Assembly (NCBI GenBank): GCA_964016885.1
Contig: OZ024764.1
Span: 15,996,001-16,060,000, forward strand
DNA: 64,000 bases
Direction of reading: 5' to 3'
From: Eledone cirrhosa
Lineage: Eukaryota
Shown here: positions 23,663 through 36,190 of the stretch, one piece after another
Layout of the letters: every line of letters starts with the position of its first letter
Position numbering within the stretch: position 1 is the stretch's first letter
Notes under the pieces: generated by a model
Told to the model about the DNA's origin: nothing
Databases searched by the model: none
The model's input: only the letters and a program-made list of their open reading frames with translations
Made by a program: the position numbers and the translations under genes

Positions 23663-23693
23663 AGATCAAAAGATGGTTAAAGGAGTTCAATAT

Positions 23694-23762
23694 ATTTTAT
23701 TATGCGCATTTCAAAAACAAACATCATCAAACAATAATATTTGTGTTTTCATCAGATAAAAC
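23694..23762 (-). ncRNA. Type-I hammerhead ribozyme motif (inverted-pair member)
   Basis: Reverse complement of 24008-24076. Confidence 0.75.
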
Positions 23763-24007
23763 AGGAGAACATGATATGAAGGCTAAAAAAACACTTGTTG
23801 ATAGTGCAGTTTTAAATCAACATATGAAAAGTGGTTTTAGATTGATGTGTGATATTGGGAAAAATATTTTATTTAGAGAGGGGGGGAGAGAAAAGGATGA
23901 AAATATTTTTCCCAATATCACACATCAATCTAAAACCACTTTTCATATGTTGATTTAAAACTGCACTATCAACAAGTGTTTTTTTAGCCTTCATATCATG
24001 TTCTCCT

Positions 24008-24076
24008 GTTTTATCTGATGAAAACACAAATATTATTGTTTGATGATGTTTGTTTTTGAAATGCGCATAATAAAAT
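24008..24076 (+). ncRNA. Type-I hammerhead ribozyme motif
   Basis: gttttat CTGATGA aaacacaaatattattgtttgatgatgtttgttttt GAAA TGCGCA TA ataaaat; palindromic stem III ATGCGCAT. Confidence 0.78.
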
Positions 24077-24198
24077 ATATTGAACTCCTTTAACCATCTT
24101 TTGATCTTATATTATGCATACTCCAGTCCCACATACTGTAGAGTGCTTCTTATCCGATATCTGCATTGCTTTATTGTACTACAATAAAACTCACCTCC

Positions 24199-24250
<52 letters not shown>

Positions 24251-24280
24251 CATATATATATATATATATGTGTATATGTA

Positions 24281-24333
<53 letters not shown>

Positions 24334-24340
24334 ATATGTA

Positions 24341-24391
<51 letters not shown>

Positions 24392-24445
24392 ATATGTATG
24401 TACATATATATATATATATATGTGTGTATATGTATGTACATACAT

Positions 24446-24483
<38 letters not shown>

Positions 24484-24529
24484 GTGTATATAGTATGTAC
24501 ATATATATATATATGTGTGTGTATATGTA

Positions 24530-24591
<62 letters not shown>

Positions 24592-24629
24592 ATATTAACA
24601 AATGGAAACTATATTTATAAAACCATATT

Positions 24630-24696
24630 TATTTCATTATACATATTTCAAGGGGCCACCAGACCAAACTATGGTGCGCTTTCATCAGATAAAATA
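24630..24696 (-). ncRNA. Type-I hammerhead ribozyme motif
   Basis: Minus strand: tattttat CTGATGA aagcgcacca...tggtggcccctt GAAA TATGTA TA atgaaata. Confidence 0.65.
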
Positions 24697-24844
24697 TAAT
24701 ATAGGTTAGTTTTATAAATAAATATTGACATACCCTTAAAAAATGCAACCATTTTGGTTGGAATCTCCTGGATAGTGGAGTTATTAGATTTAGTGTTGGT
24801 TTATTATGCAAATTAGTGTTGGAAAGGTTTCTATCTATCTATCT

Positions 24845-25212
24845 AAGGCGGGTAAAATTCCCGAGATCCATGGACGAGTTCTCTCCAGCGGTCTCTGTCC
24901 CTCATTATCGCTGCCATGTCCTGCATCTCCAACAGACCAGTGTCTGTCCTTAGGGCATCAACATACGTTAACCTTGGTCTTCCTCTTCCAGTGTGTCCAT
25001 GTAGGGGCTCCCAAAGGAGCACTGAGTGCAATGTCAACTCTGGATGGTGGATGGGTGCTACACGAGAATGCTGAGGATGGCTCTGAACATTAATCAGTAT
25101 ACACTGAGGATGAAGAACTCAGAGCTGTATGGGAGCATCCCAAAAGTCAGCTCAAAAGTGACACAGGGGAGACTGAGGTTAGCTGGACATACTCACTGAC
25201 ATCCAGAGTTGG
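24845..25212. mobile_element. RTE LINE 3' fragment with an internal inversion
   Basis: 24845-25045 encodes WEPLHGHTGRGRPRLTYVDAL...DRWRELV on minus; about 25045-25212 is the adjacent upstream RTE segment on plus. Confidence 0.75.
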
Positions 25213-25405
25213 AAAGGTTTAAAACAGTATATTCTGACCGGTTATAACCAGTTTAACAGCTAGTTTGAACAGAAAGAGGTGAGAAAATTCTGACCAGTTA
25301 TGGCTGGTTATGGCCGGTTTAAATGCTAAAGGGTTAAAGAATGAATATAAAAGTCATCCCAGTAAACGACCAATGAAATTGCAATACATTACTGTATTTC
25401 CACAG

Positions 25406-25618
25406 ATATCTGTCGTCTTCCGGAAGATTCCGGTATCTGCGTTGACTACTCCTCAGCATACTACTTCGACTCGACTATGAAGAAATGTCGCAGGTTTGTC
25501 TATGGAGGTTGTGGTGGTAATGCTAACCGTTTCTCCACGGTGGACGCTTGTAATCGTCTGTGTATGAAGAAAATTACTTCCACCCCCACATACACCACAA
25601 AACCTTCCACACCAGTGC
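25406..25618 (+). CDS. PAPLN: Kunitz exon 13 (P1=Val)
   Basis: ccacag|ATATCTGT ... GTGC|gtaagt; 213 nt; ICRLPEDSGICVDYSSAYYF...FVYGGCGGNANRF. Confidence 0.9.
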
Positions 25619-25789
25619 GTAAGTACATGTCAGGGCCTTTCTCCTCCATCGTCATCACCATCACCATCACCTCCAGTAAAACCATTACCATTGTCATCAA
25701 ACTGTTATCGTTGCCATCATCATCACCACCATTGTCATCTTCATCATTATCATCATCACCACAACCACCATCATCATCATTATTCCAAG

Positions 25790-26215
25790 CTTCCAAGGGT
25801 CGTACACGTGTTCCTCTACCACAGAACACCTTCCAAGAGTCGTACAGGTGTTCCTCTACCACAGAACATCTCTGGGCCGTACAGGTGCTCCCCTATCCCA
25901 GAACACCTTCCAAGGGCCGTACAGGTGCTCCCCTATCCCAGAACACCTTCCAAGGGTCGTACAGGTGTTCCCCTATCCCAGAACACCTTCTCTGGGCCGT
26001 ACAGGTGTTCCTCTACCACAGAACACCTTCTAAGAGTCGTACAGGTGTTCCTCTACCACAGAACACCTTCTAAGAGTCGTACAGGTGTTCCTCTACCACA
26101 GAACACCTTCTAAGAGTCGTACAGGTGCTCCCCTATCCCAGAACACCTTCTAAGAGTCGTACAGGTGCTCCCCTATCCCAGAACACCTTCCCTGGGTCGT
26201 ACAGGTGTTCCCCTA
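25790..26215. repeat. 40-bp minisatellite (about 10 units)
   Basis: Unit gtcgtacaggtgttcctctaccacagaacaccttctaaga. Confidence 0.9.
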
Positions 26216-26489
26216 TCATATCTTCCACTTATCTCTTTCCTTCACCCTCTTGAGATCAGTCCTAACTGAGAAGTTTATAATGCATGTTGGGTGGGTCCCC
26301 TTGGGTGTGTTGGGATGTGGGTCCCCTTGGGTGTTGGGATGTGGGTTCCCACATGTGTGTGTAACTCTACAAGTTCTACATCGTATCTTCAGTTAATTAT
26401 GTTGTTTTACTTGTTCACTTATTCCAGCTTTTTACCAAATTAATCTGTCTCTTGTATAATGGGCTTGCTATTGCCCTATAACTTAATTT

Positions 26490-27170
26490 GTCCAGCCCCA
26501 CATGTATTACTGTTAACCCTGCGTTTATAATATTTACTGTATTATATATATCACTGTCTCTCCAGCCCCACATGTAATATAACCCCTATTTTTATAATAT
26601 TTACTGTATTATATATAACACTGTCTAGCCCTACATGTAATCTAACCCCTATTTTTATAATATTTACTGTATTATATATAACGCTGTCTAGCCCCACATG
26701 TAATATAACCCCTATTTTTATAATAGTTACTGTATTATATATAACACTGTCTAGCCTTACATGTAATCTAACCCCTATTTTTATAATATTTACTGTATTA
26801 TATATAACACTGTCTAGCCCTACATGTAATCTAACCCCTATTTTTATAATATTTACTGTACTATATATAACACTGTCTAGCCCTACATGTAATCTAACCC
26901 CTATTTTTATAATATTTACTGTATTATATATAACACTGTCTAGCCCTACATGTAATCTAACCCCTATTTTTATAATATTTACTGTACTATATATAACACT
27001 GTCTAGCCCTACATGTAATCTAACCCCTATTTTTATAATATTTACTGTATTATATATAACACTGTCTAGCCCTACATGTAATCTAACCCCTATTTTTATA
27101 ATATTTACTGTATTATATATAACACTGTCTAGCCCCACATGTAATCTAACCCCTATTTTTACTGTATTAT
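26490..27170. repeat. 63-bp minisatellite (about 10 units)
   Basis: 21-aa periodicity in the spurious ORF; the unit contains ctgtctagccctacatgtaatctaacccct. Confidence 0.9.
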
Positions 27171-27689
27171 ACAAGGATCGGGTGAAAGGTTTATAGGCTG
27201 GCTATGCTATGAAGAAGTGATGCTAGAGCTGTGAAATCTTGCATGCATTAATTTCAACTTTTCTTATTAATAACTGCATTGTTTCTTTCCAAGGACTGTG
27301 TTGAAATCTGAATCTCATTTGGTCATTCCATGAGAGTATCTTGGTCAGCTTGTGAACTCTTCAGCTGGATGCACTCCCCCCCCTCCCCCGTATGTAACAT
27401 TATCTGTCCAGACCCACATGTATTACTGTTACTCCTATATTTTTAATGTTTACTGTATTGTAATATGTTAACCCTTGTGGCTAATAAAACCATCATCATC
27501 ACCACCATCACCATCATCACCATCATCACCACCACCATCACCACCAACACCACCATCACCATCACCACCACCACCACCAACATCACCACCACCACCACCA
27601 CCACCACCACCATCATCACCACCAACACCACCATCACCATCATCACCATCATCATCATCAATGTCATTATTATTGGATCAACAGTAACT

Positions 27690-28290
27690 GGTAGAGCTTC
27701 GGACGCCGTGCTTTGCGGCATAGAGTTACGGCCCTTTACGTTCTGGGTTCAAATCCCGCCGAGGTTAGCTTTGCCTTTCATCCTTACGGGGTCAATAAAA
27801 TAAAGTACCAGTAATACACTGGGATTGATAGAATAAAGTACCAGTAATACGCTGGGATTGATAGAATAAAGTACCAGTAATACGCTGGGATTGATAGAAT
27901 AAAGTACCAGTAATACGCTGGGATTGATAGAATAAAGTACCCGTAATACGCTGGGATTGATAGAATAAAGTACCAGTAATACGCTGGGATTGATAGAATA
28001 AAGTACCAGTAATACGCTGGGATTGATAGAATAAAGTACCAGTAATACGCTGGGATTGATAGAATAAAGTACCAGTAATACACTGGGATTGATAGAATAA
28101 AGTACCAGTAATACGCTGGGATTGATAGAATAAAGTACCAGTAATACACTGGGATTGATAGAATAAAATACCAGTAATACACTGGGATTGATAGAATAAA
28201 GTACCAGTAATACGCTGGGGTCGATTTAATCGACTTTCCTCTCCCCCAAAATTGCTGGCCTTGTGCCTAAATAAGAAACCATTTTTATTG
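27690..28290 (+). mobile_element. tRNA-derived SINE, family 2, with an internal 33-bp array (about 12 units)
   Basis: GGTAGAGC..CGGAC head, GTTCAAATCC box B, GCCTTTCATCC..GGGGTC.ATAAAAT core, ATTGCTGGCCTTGTGCC tail. Confidence 0.78.
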
Positions 28291-28311
28291 TTGTTGTTGT
28301 TGTTGTTGCAG

Positions 28312-28651
28312 CCATGAAGGTGAAACAACCAATGAAATGCAAGCTGCCACCTGTGACGGGGACGTGTCGACAAATCCAGCGTTTGTGGTACTACGACCAC
28401 GTCAAACATCGATGTGATCAGTTCTTCTATTCTGGCTGTGGAGGTAATGGTAACAGGTTTGACTCGGAACTGGAGTGTATGGCGACGTGCCGAGTGTCTT
28501 CTGCGCCGTCAACAATGCCACCGACTGGCCTGCCCTTCTTCTCTGTCACACCAACTGATAACGTTGTCGAACTCGGAGTGGAACCGAAGAAGAAGGTCGT
28601 GCTGCAGTGTGGGGAGGCGTTTGGTTACGCTGTCACGTGGAGTCACAATGG
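28312..28651 (+). CDS. PAPLN: Kunitz 14 (P1=Arg) plus N-terminal half of Ig domain 1
   Basis: ttgcag|CCATGAAG ... AATGG|gtaagt (phase 2); CKLPPVTGTCRQ...FFYSGCGGNGNRF, then VVLQCGEAFGYAVTWSHNG. Confidence 0.9.
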
Positions 28652-28739
28652 GTAAGTGGTGGAGAAATCTGTAATGTTTCTTGGTTGTCTCCGTTGATTT
28701 CTATAAAAACCAGAATTAGTCGTTTAGTTTACATATTGA

Positions 28740-29540
28740 CATTAGGTTTTGGCTGCTGACCTCTGCTTCTCTTACCAGCCAACCTTCCTTCTATAACCTA
28801 CTCACACCACAAGTTGATCTTTTTATATGGCCGTATAGTTTGAGTACTCTTGACTTGACAATTGATGTAATTGGTCTGAGTCTGGTAATGTTGAGCAGCT
28901 CACTGATACAGATACAGTCGCTGAGCTGCTTACCAGTCATAAGTCTCATGATGTGGTTCTGGAATGTAGAGAGCTTCTGAAGCGACCTTGTCGTTCAATT
29001 AACACAGTCAAGACCAGCTCACTGATACAGATACAGTCACTGAGCCACTTGCCAGTCATAAGTCTCATGATGTGGTTCTGGAATGTAGAGAGCTGCTGAA
29101 GTGTCCTCGTTCAATTAACACAGTCAAGACCATATAACACAACTGGTAGGATGTAAGTATCAAAGATCTTAGCCTTCAAATGATAGGAAACACGTTTTGA
29201 TGTTAGTACTTCCTTGTTCTTGTTGAAAGCTGCCCAACCTAGAGCGATGCGATAGTGGACAGCAACCATTCCATTGTTTGATGATAGTTTGTGACCAAGA
29301 TATACAAACTCCGTAACTTGAGCAATCTAATGGTTGTAGATTGTGAGTTGGAGATCGGCATTGTTTTTATCAGTTGTCATACACTTTGTTTTGGAGATGA
29401 TGTGTAAGCCAGCCTCCAGCGTATGTTTGGCTAGTACATTCAGAAAGTCTTGCAGATCAGTTCTAGAGTAACTCATCATGGTCCCACCGTCTGCATAGCT
29501 AAGATTTGATAGGATTTTACCTCATATTTGATAGCCTGAG
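28740..29540 (-). mobile_element. Degenerate LINE RT fragment (RTE-like) with an internal duplication
   Basis: The minus strand shows remnants such as NLSYADG and EFVYLGH, interrupted by stops. Confidence 0.55.
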
Positions 29541-29559
29541 GAGCATATGGGATTGTTAG

Positions 29560-32070
29560 TGATGTACTGCTTTTGTCAAGTATAATGTTTTTAAAAACCA
29601 GAATTAGTCATTTAGTTTACATATTAAGACTCCAACCCATCCAATATATTTTATAACATATGGGATTTCTAGTAATGTATTTTTTGTCAAGTATAATGCT
29701 TTTTAAAAACCAGAATTAGTCATTTAGTTTACATATTAAGACCCCAACCCATCCAATATATTTTATAACATATGGGATTTCTAGTAATGTATTTTTTGTC
29801 AAGTATAATGCTTTTTAAAAACCAGAATTAGTCATTTAGTTTACATATTAAGACCCCAACCCATCCAATATATTTTATAACATATGGGATTTCTAGTAAT
29901 GTATTTTTTGTCAAGTATAATGCTTTTTAAAAACCAGAATTAGTCATTTAGTTTACATATTAAGACCCCAACCCATCCAATATATTTTATAACATATGGG
30001 ATTTCTAGTAATGTATTTTTTGTCAAGTATAATGCTTTTTAAAAACCAGAATTAGTCATTTAGTTTACATATTAAGACCCCAACCCATCCAATATATTTT
30101 ATAACATATGGGATTTCTAGTAATGTATTTTTTGTCAAGTATAATGCTTTTTAAAAACCAGAATTAGTCATTTAGTTTACATATTAAGACCCCAACCCAT
30201 CCAATATATTTTATAACATATGGGATTTCTAGTAATGTATTTTTTGTCATGTATAATGTTTTTTTAAAAACCAGAATTAGTCATTTAGTTTACATATTAA
30301 GACCCCAACCCATCCAATATATTTTATAACATATGGGATTTCTAGTAATGTATTTTTTTGTCATGTATAATGCTTTTTAAAAACCAGAATTAGTCATTTA
30401 GTTTACATATTAAGACCCCAACCCATCCAATATATTTTATAACATATGGGATTTCTAGTAATGTATTTTTTTGTCATGTATAATGCTTTTTAAAAACCAG
30501 AATTAGTCATTTAGTTTACATATTAAGACCCCAACCCATCCAATATATTTTATAACATATGGGATTTCTAGTAATGTATTTTTTTGTCATGTATAATGCT
30601 TTTTAAAAACCAGAATTAGTCATTTAGTTTACATATTAAGACCCCAACCCATCCAATATATTTTATAACATATGGGATTTCTAGTAATGTATTTTTTTGT
30701 CATGTATAATGCTTTTTAAAAACCAGAATTAGTCATTTAGTTTACATATTAAGACCCCAACCCATCCAATATATTTTATAACATATGGGATTTCTAGTAA
30801 TGTATTTTTTGTCAAGTATAATGCTTTTTAAAAACCAGAATTAGTCATTTAGTTTACATATTAAGACCCCAACCCATCCAATATATTTTATAACATATGG
30901 GATTTCTAGTAATGTATTTTTTGTCATGTATAATGTTTTTTTAAAAACCAGAATTAGTCATTTAGTTTACATATTAAGACCCCAACCCATCCAATATATT
31001 TTATAACATATGGGATTTCTAGTAATGTATTTTTTTGTCATGTATAATGCTTTTTAAAAACCAGAATTAGTCATTTAGTTTACATATTAAGACCCCAACC
31101 CATCCAATATATTTTATAACATATGGGATTTCTAGTAATGTATTTTTTTGTCATGTATAATGCTTTTTAAAAACCAGAATTAGTCATTTAGTTTACATAT
31201 TAAGACCCCAACCCATCCAATATATTTTATAACATATGGGATTTCTAGTAATGTATTTTTTTGTCATGTATAATGCTTTTTAAAAACCAGAATTAGTCAT
31301 TTAGTTTACATATTAAGACCCCAACCCATCCAATATATTTTATAACATATGGGATTTCTAGTAATGTATTTTTTTGTCATGTATAATGCTTTTTAAAAAC
31401 CAGAATTAGTCATTTAGTTTACATATTAAGACCCCAACCCATCCAATATATTTTATAACATATGGGATTTCTAGTAATGTATTTTTTTGTCATGTATAAT
31501 GCTTTTTAAAAACCAGAATTAGTCATTTAGTTTACATATTAAGACCCCAACCCATCCAATATATTTTATAACATATGGGATTTCTAGTAATGTATTTTTT
31601 TGTCATGTATAATGCTTTTTAAAAACCAGAATTAGTCATTTAGTTTACATATTAAGACCCCAACCCATCCAATATATTTTATAACATATGGGATTTCTAG
31701 TAATGTATTTTTTTGTCATGTATAATGCTTTTTAAAAACCAGAATTAGTCATTTAGTTTACATATTAAGACCCCAACCCATCCAATATATTTTATAACAT
31801 ATGGGATTTCTAGTAATGTATTTTTTTGTCATGTATAATGCTTTTTAAAAACCAGAATTAGTCATTTAGTTTACATATTAAGACCCCAACCCATCCAATA
31901 TATTTTATAACATATGGGATTTCTAGTAATGTATTTTTTTGTCATGTATAATGCTTTTTAAAAACCAGAATTAGTCATTTAGTTTACATATTAAGACCCC
32001 AACCCATCCAATATATTTTATAACATATGGGATTTCTAGTAATGTATTTTTTGTCATGTATAATGTTTTT
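29560..32070. repeat. 112-113-bp satellite (about 22 near-identical units)
   Basis: Unit aaaaaccagaattagtcatttagtttacatattaagaccccaacccatcc...gtataatgc. Confidence 0.95.
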
Positions 32071-32589
32071 TAATGTAAAAAGAAAATTGTCACAGGAATG
32101 CTACCCTTAACCCTTTAAGCATTCATATTACTCTATATTTACTATTTTTACAGAAATGATTTTATCTCATATCTCACATAATATCGAATATATGAGATTT
32201 TGATGTTATTTATTTTGAGAATAATACCTTAACATTGGCATGAGTGGCCGATTATGGCCGGTTTGAACAGAAACTGGCTGGATATGGCCTGTTTAAATGC
32301 TAAAGGGTTAAAGCGGGGTTTGGGATGGGATAAGAGTGGGGCTGGGGGTCTGTAAAATTGTTGTTGGTGTTGGTGGTGGTGGTGGTGGTGGTGGTGGTGG
32401 TGGTGTTGGTGGTGTTGGTGGTGGTGGTGGTGATGGTGGTGGTGTTGGTGTTGGTGGTGGTGGTGGTGTTGGTGGTGGTGGTGGTGGTGGTGTTGGTGGT
32501 GGTGGTGTTGGTGGTGGTGGTGGTGTTGTTTAATATCAACTGATTTGAACTTTTCTCTCTCTTTCTCTCTCTCTTTCTCTCCCTCACTC

Positions 32590-33032
32590 TGTGTGTCTGT
32601 GTGTGTCTGTGTGTGTCTGTGTCTGTCTGTGTGTATATGTGTCTGTGTGTGTGTGTGTCTGTGTGTGTGTCTGTGTGTGTCTGTGTGTGTATGTGTCTGT
32701 GTGTGTGTGTGTCTGTGTCTGTCTGTGTGTGTCTGTGTGTGTGTCTGTGTGTGTCTGTGTGTGTATGTGTCTGTGTGTGTGTGTGTCTGTGTCTGTCTGT
32801 GTGTATATGTGTCTGTGTGTATGTCTGTGTGTGTGTCTGTGTGTGTCTGTGTGTGCATGTGTCTGTGTGTGTGTCTGTGTGTGTCTGTGTGTGTATGTGT
32901 CTGTGTGTGTGTGTCTGCGTGTCTGTGTGTGTGTGTGTCTGTCTGTGTGTATGCGTGTGTGTGTGTCTGTCTGTGTGTGTGTGTGTGTCTGTCTGTATGT
33001 GTGTGTGTCTGCCTGTCTGTGTGTGTGTCTGT

Positions 33033-33071
<39 letters not shown>

Positions 33072-33860
33072 CCTGTGTGTGTGTGTGTCTGTCTGTGTGT
33101 ATGTGTGTGTGTGTGTGTGTATGTGTCTGTCTGTGTGTATGTCTGTCTGTGTCTGTGTGTGTCTGCGTGCCTGTGTGTGTGTGTCTGTCTGTGTCTGTGT
33201 GTGTGTGTCTGTCTGTGTCTGTGTGTGTGTCTGTCTGCATCTGTGTGTGTGTGTCTGTCTGTATCTGTGTGTGTCTGTGTGTGTGTGTCTGTCTGTATCT
33301 GTATGTGTCTGTGTGTGTCTGTGTGTGTGTGTGTGTGTGTCTGTGTTTGTGTGTGTGTGTCTGTCTGTATCTGTGTGTGTCTGTGTGTGTGTGTCTGTGT
33401 GTGTGTGTGTGTGTGTGTGTCTGTGTGTGTGTGTCTGTCTGTGTCTGTGTGTGTGTGTCTGTCTGTATCTGTGTGTGTCTGTGTGTGTGTGTCTGTGTCT
33501 GTGTCTGTGTGTGTCTGTATCTGTGTGTGTGTGTCTGTCTGTGTCTGTGTGTGTGTCTGTCTGTATCTGTGTGTGTGTGTGTGTGTGTGTCTGTGTGTGT
33601 GTGTGTCTGTGTCTGTGTCTGTGTCTGTGTCTCTGTCTGTGTCTGTGTGTGTCTGTATCTGTGTGTGTGTGTCTGTCTGTGTCTGTGTGTGTGTCTGTCT
33701 GTATCTGTGTGTGTGTGTGTGTGTGTGTGTCTGTGTGTGTGTGTGTCTGTGTCTGTGTCTGTGTCTGTGTCTGTGTGTCTGTCTGTATCTGTGTGTGTCT
33801 GTGTGTCTGTGTGTGTGTGTGTGTCTGTGTGTCTGTGTGTGTGTGTGTGTGTGTGTGTCT
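32590..33860. repeat. (TG)n/(TGTC)n microsatellite abutting the second Ig1 exon
   Basis: Direct inspection. Confidence 0.95.
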
Positions 33861-33869
33861 GGGTTACAG

Positions 33870-34021
33870 AAAAGACATCTACCCAGATGGCAGACGAGAT
33901 GTCCAAGGCTGGCAGCTGGTCATCTACTCAGCAGACTACAGCGATGTTGGTCTCTACACCTGTCGCCGTAAAGATGACGCCACTAACACACCTCTGGAGA
34001 GATATAGACTCAGTGTTAAAG
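33870..34021 (+). CDS. PAPLN: C-terminal half of Ig domain 1
   Basis: ttacag|AAAAGAC ... AAAG|gtaagc; phase 2 to phase 1 matches the previous exon; [17 protein letters not shown] has the Ig D-x-G-x-Y-x-C motif. Confidence 0.88.
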
Positions 34022-34117
34022 GTAAGCTGGACCATATATATATGTATAGACATATATATATGTATATATATATGTCTATACATATATATATTTATATGTA
34101 TAGACATATAGACATAG

Positions 34118-34204
<87 letters not shown>

Positions 34205-34484
34205 TATACATATATATATGTATATATATATGTATATATATATATGCCTATATATATATGTATATATATATATCTATATATATATATACATATGTAGATA
34301 AATCTACCAAGAGTTTACGGTAGTGTCCAATCCGTATGAAGAACTCAATGTATTCCGGATATCATGGAAAGAAGAGATGTAATGAAAAATCACTTTCGGT
34401 GAAAGATAAACGGTATACAGAGTCAAGATAAAATATTAAACAAATAATGAATAAACAATTCCTTATATTAAACAAAAAAAGTTC

Positions 34485-34631
34485 ATTATTTAACGATCGT
34501 TTCTAGGATATATATGTGTTAGAATTGGTATGCATATTCAACAGATCTATGTACAAAATTATACAAAATTATACAAATTATCAAGATTAAATATACATAC
34601 CAACACATATATACGCCGTCTTCAGAAATAA

Positions 34632-34632
<1 letters not shown>
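34485..34632 (-). ncRNA. Type-I hammerhead motif with ~115-nt stem II (inverted-pair member)
   Basis: Reverse complement of 34721-34868. Confidence 0.72.
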
Positions 34633-34662
<30 letters not shown>

Positions 34663-34720
34663 AATTATTATTATATAATTATTATTATAATTAAATTATT
34701 ATTATAATTAAATAATCATT

Positions 34721-34868
34721 ATTATTTCTGAAGACGGCGTATATATGTGTTGGTATGTATATTTAATCTTGATAATTTGTATAATTTTGTATAATTTTGT
34801 ACATAGATCTGTTGAATATGCATACCAATTCTAACACATATATATCCTAGAAACGATCGTTAAATAAT
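34721..34868 (+). ncRNA. Type-I hammerhead motif with ~115-nt stem II
   Basis: attattt CTGAAGA [tatatatgtgtt..ggtatgtatatt / aatatgcatacc..aacacatatata] GAAA CGATCG TT aaataat; palindromic stem III ACGATCGT; perfect 7-bp stem I. Confidence 0.72.
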
Positions 34869-34960
34869 GAACTTTTTTTGTTTAATATAAGGAATTGTTT
34901 ATTCATTATTTGTTTAATATTTTATATATATACATATATACATTCTGTGTTTTTCTACGG

Positions 34961-36190
34961 ATGGGTAGAAATAACAAAATTGCCATGGTGATGTCCATCG
35001 ATGAAATTTGCGACAAAACTGGTCGATGTCCAAAAATAGAACATTGCCCGGAAGATCACACCTGCCATATCTGTACGGAACCCGAAAACTCGTTCCGTAA
35101 TCGCTGGGTCGAATGTGGAACCTGTCGCATCTCTGTCTGCCTTCAATGCGCCACAGGCTTCCGGAAGATCCCAGGCCAAAATAAGAAACATCACATTGCT
35201 ACGATGGATAGACTCTGGGAGATGGTCCAGCTAACAAACTGGTCCTTTCAGTGCCTGGGCTGTATGCCTGCTTCTCCCATTACTGCGGAACAACAACAAA
35301 GACCGAAGATCGTGTCTTCTACCATTGTTCCTGAACAACAACAACAAAAACCGAGGATCGTGTCTTCCTCTACCATTGTCGCTGAACAACAGCAAAAACC
35401 AACGACCGTAGCTTCTGCTACTACCCCCGTTGAAGGACTTCATCAACAACAGCAACCCATGTCTTCCTCACCCGTTACTTTTCAACAACAACAACCGACG
35501 ACTGTGTCTTCTACCATTCCTGTTGAAGGAGAAGAACAACAACAAAAACCGACCGTCAATACGGAGTTTGAGGAAATACGGCAAATGATTTCCGCTTTAA
35601 GTCAAGAAATAGCGGAAATAAAATCAAGCGTTCGTGTAGAACCCCACAATGAGGGATCTTACCGGAGTGCCTTGTTAAAAAATCTCCGCGTACCTCATGT
35701 TGAACCTAGACGCATTGCGAATGCCACTGAAACTGCAAACCACGAAGTGATTGCCATCGGTGTGCCGGAAGACATAGTTGATCTTCAGGCATTTGCTACC
35801 AGTTCATCCAAAGACCTGGGCTGTGCTCCCGCAAAGGGTGCTCTACGCCTTGGCCGACCAGGCCCGAAACCCAGGTTAATTAGACTGTCGTTTTCAAACT
35901 CGGCTGAGGCACGTTCATACCTTGTAGCCTCTGATAAAGCTAGGCGTGAAAGTCGGATTGCTTTCCGAACACGTCCTGGTCTTCCACCTGATGTCCGCCC
36001 AAAGTTGCGTGCTGCAGCTTCCCTAAACCGCAGCTCGGCAGAACATGAAAGCTTCAGCCTACGAGATGATGGGCAGATATGGAGGTTTGTTAAGGCTGGC
36101 GAATCATGGAAAAGAGACACCAGCTGGTCTGAAAACAGTGTACCCACAACAACTGACAATAAAGAAACTGAAAAAACTCTGGGAAACTAA
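34961..36190 (+). CDS. LINE ORF1 protein with a PHD-like Cys-rich finger, about 409 aa
   Basis: ATG at 34961; CHIC...WVECGTC...CLQC...WSFQCLGC; Gln-rich repeats, coiled-coil-like segment, RLG...PRLI motif; ends LGN*. Confidence 0.8.
   Translation: MGRNNKIAMVMSIDEICDKTGRCPKIEHCPEDHTCHICTEPENSFRNRWVECGTCRISVCLQCATGFRKIPGQNKKHHIATMDRLWEMVQLTNWSFQCLGCMPASPITAEQQQRPKIVSSTIVPEQQQQKPRIVSSSTIVAEQQQKPTTVASATTPVEGLHQQQQPMSSSPVTFQQQQPTTVSSTIPVEGEEQQQKPTVNTEFEEIRQMISALSQEIAEIKSSVRVEPHNEGSYRSALLKNLRVPHVEPRRIANATETANHEVIAIGVPEDIVDLQAFATSSSKDLGCAPAKGALRLGRPGPKPRLIRLSFSNSAEARSYLVASDKARRESRIAFRTRPGLPPDVRPKLRAAASLNRSSAEHESFSLRDDGQIWRFVKAGESWKRDTSWSENSVPTTTDNKETEKTLGN

Noticed and set aside
32545-33869. Cys/Val-rich ORFs
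   Set aside because: (TG)n microsatellite; the real exon starts at 33870.
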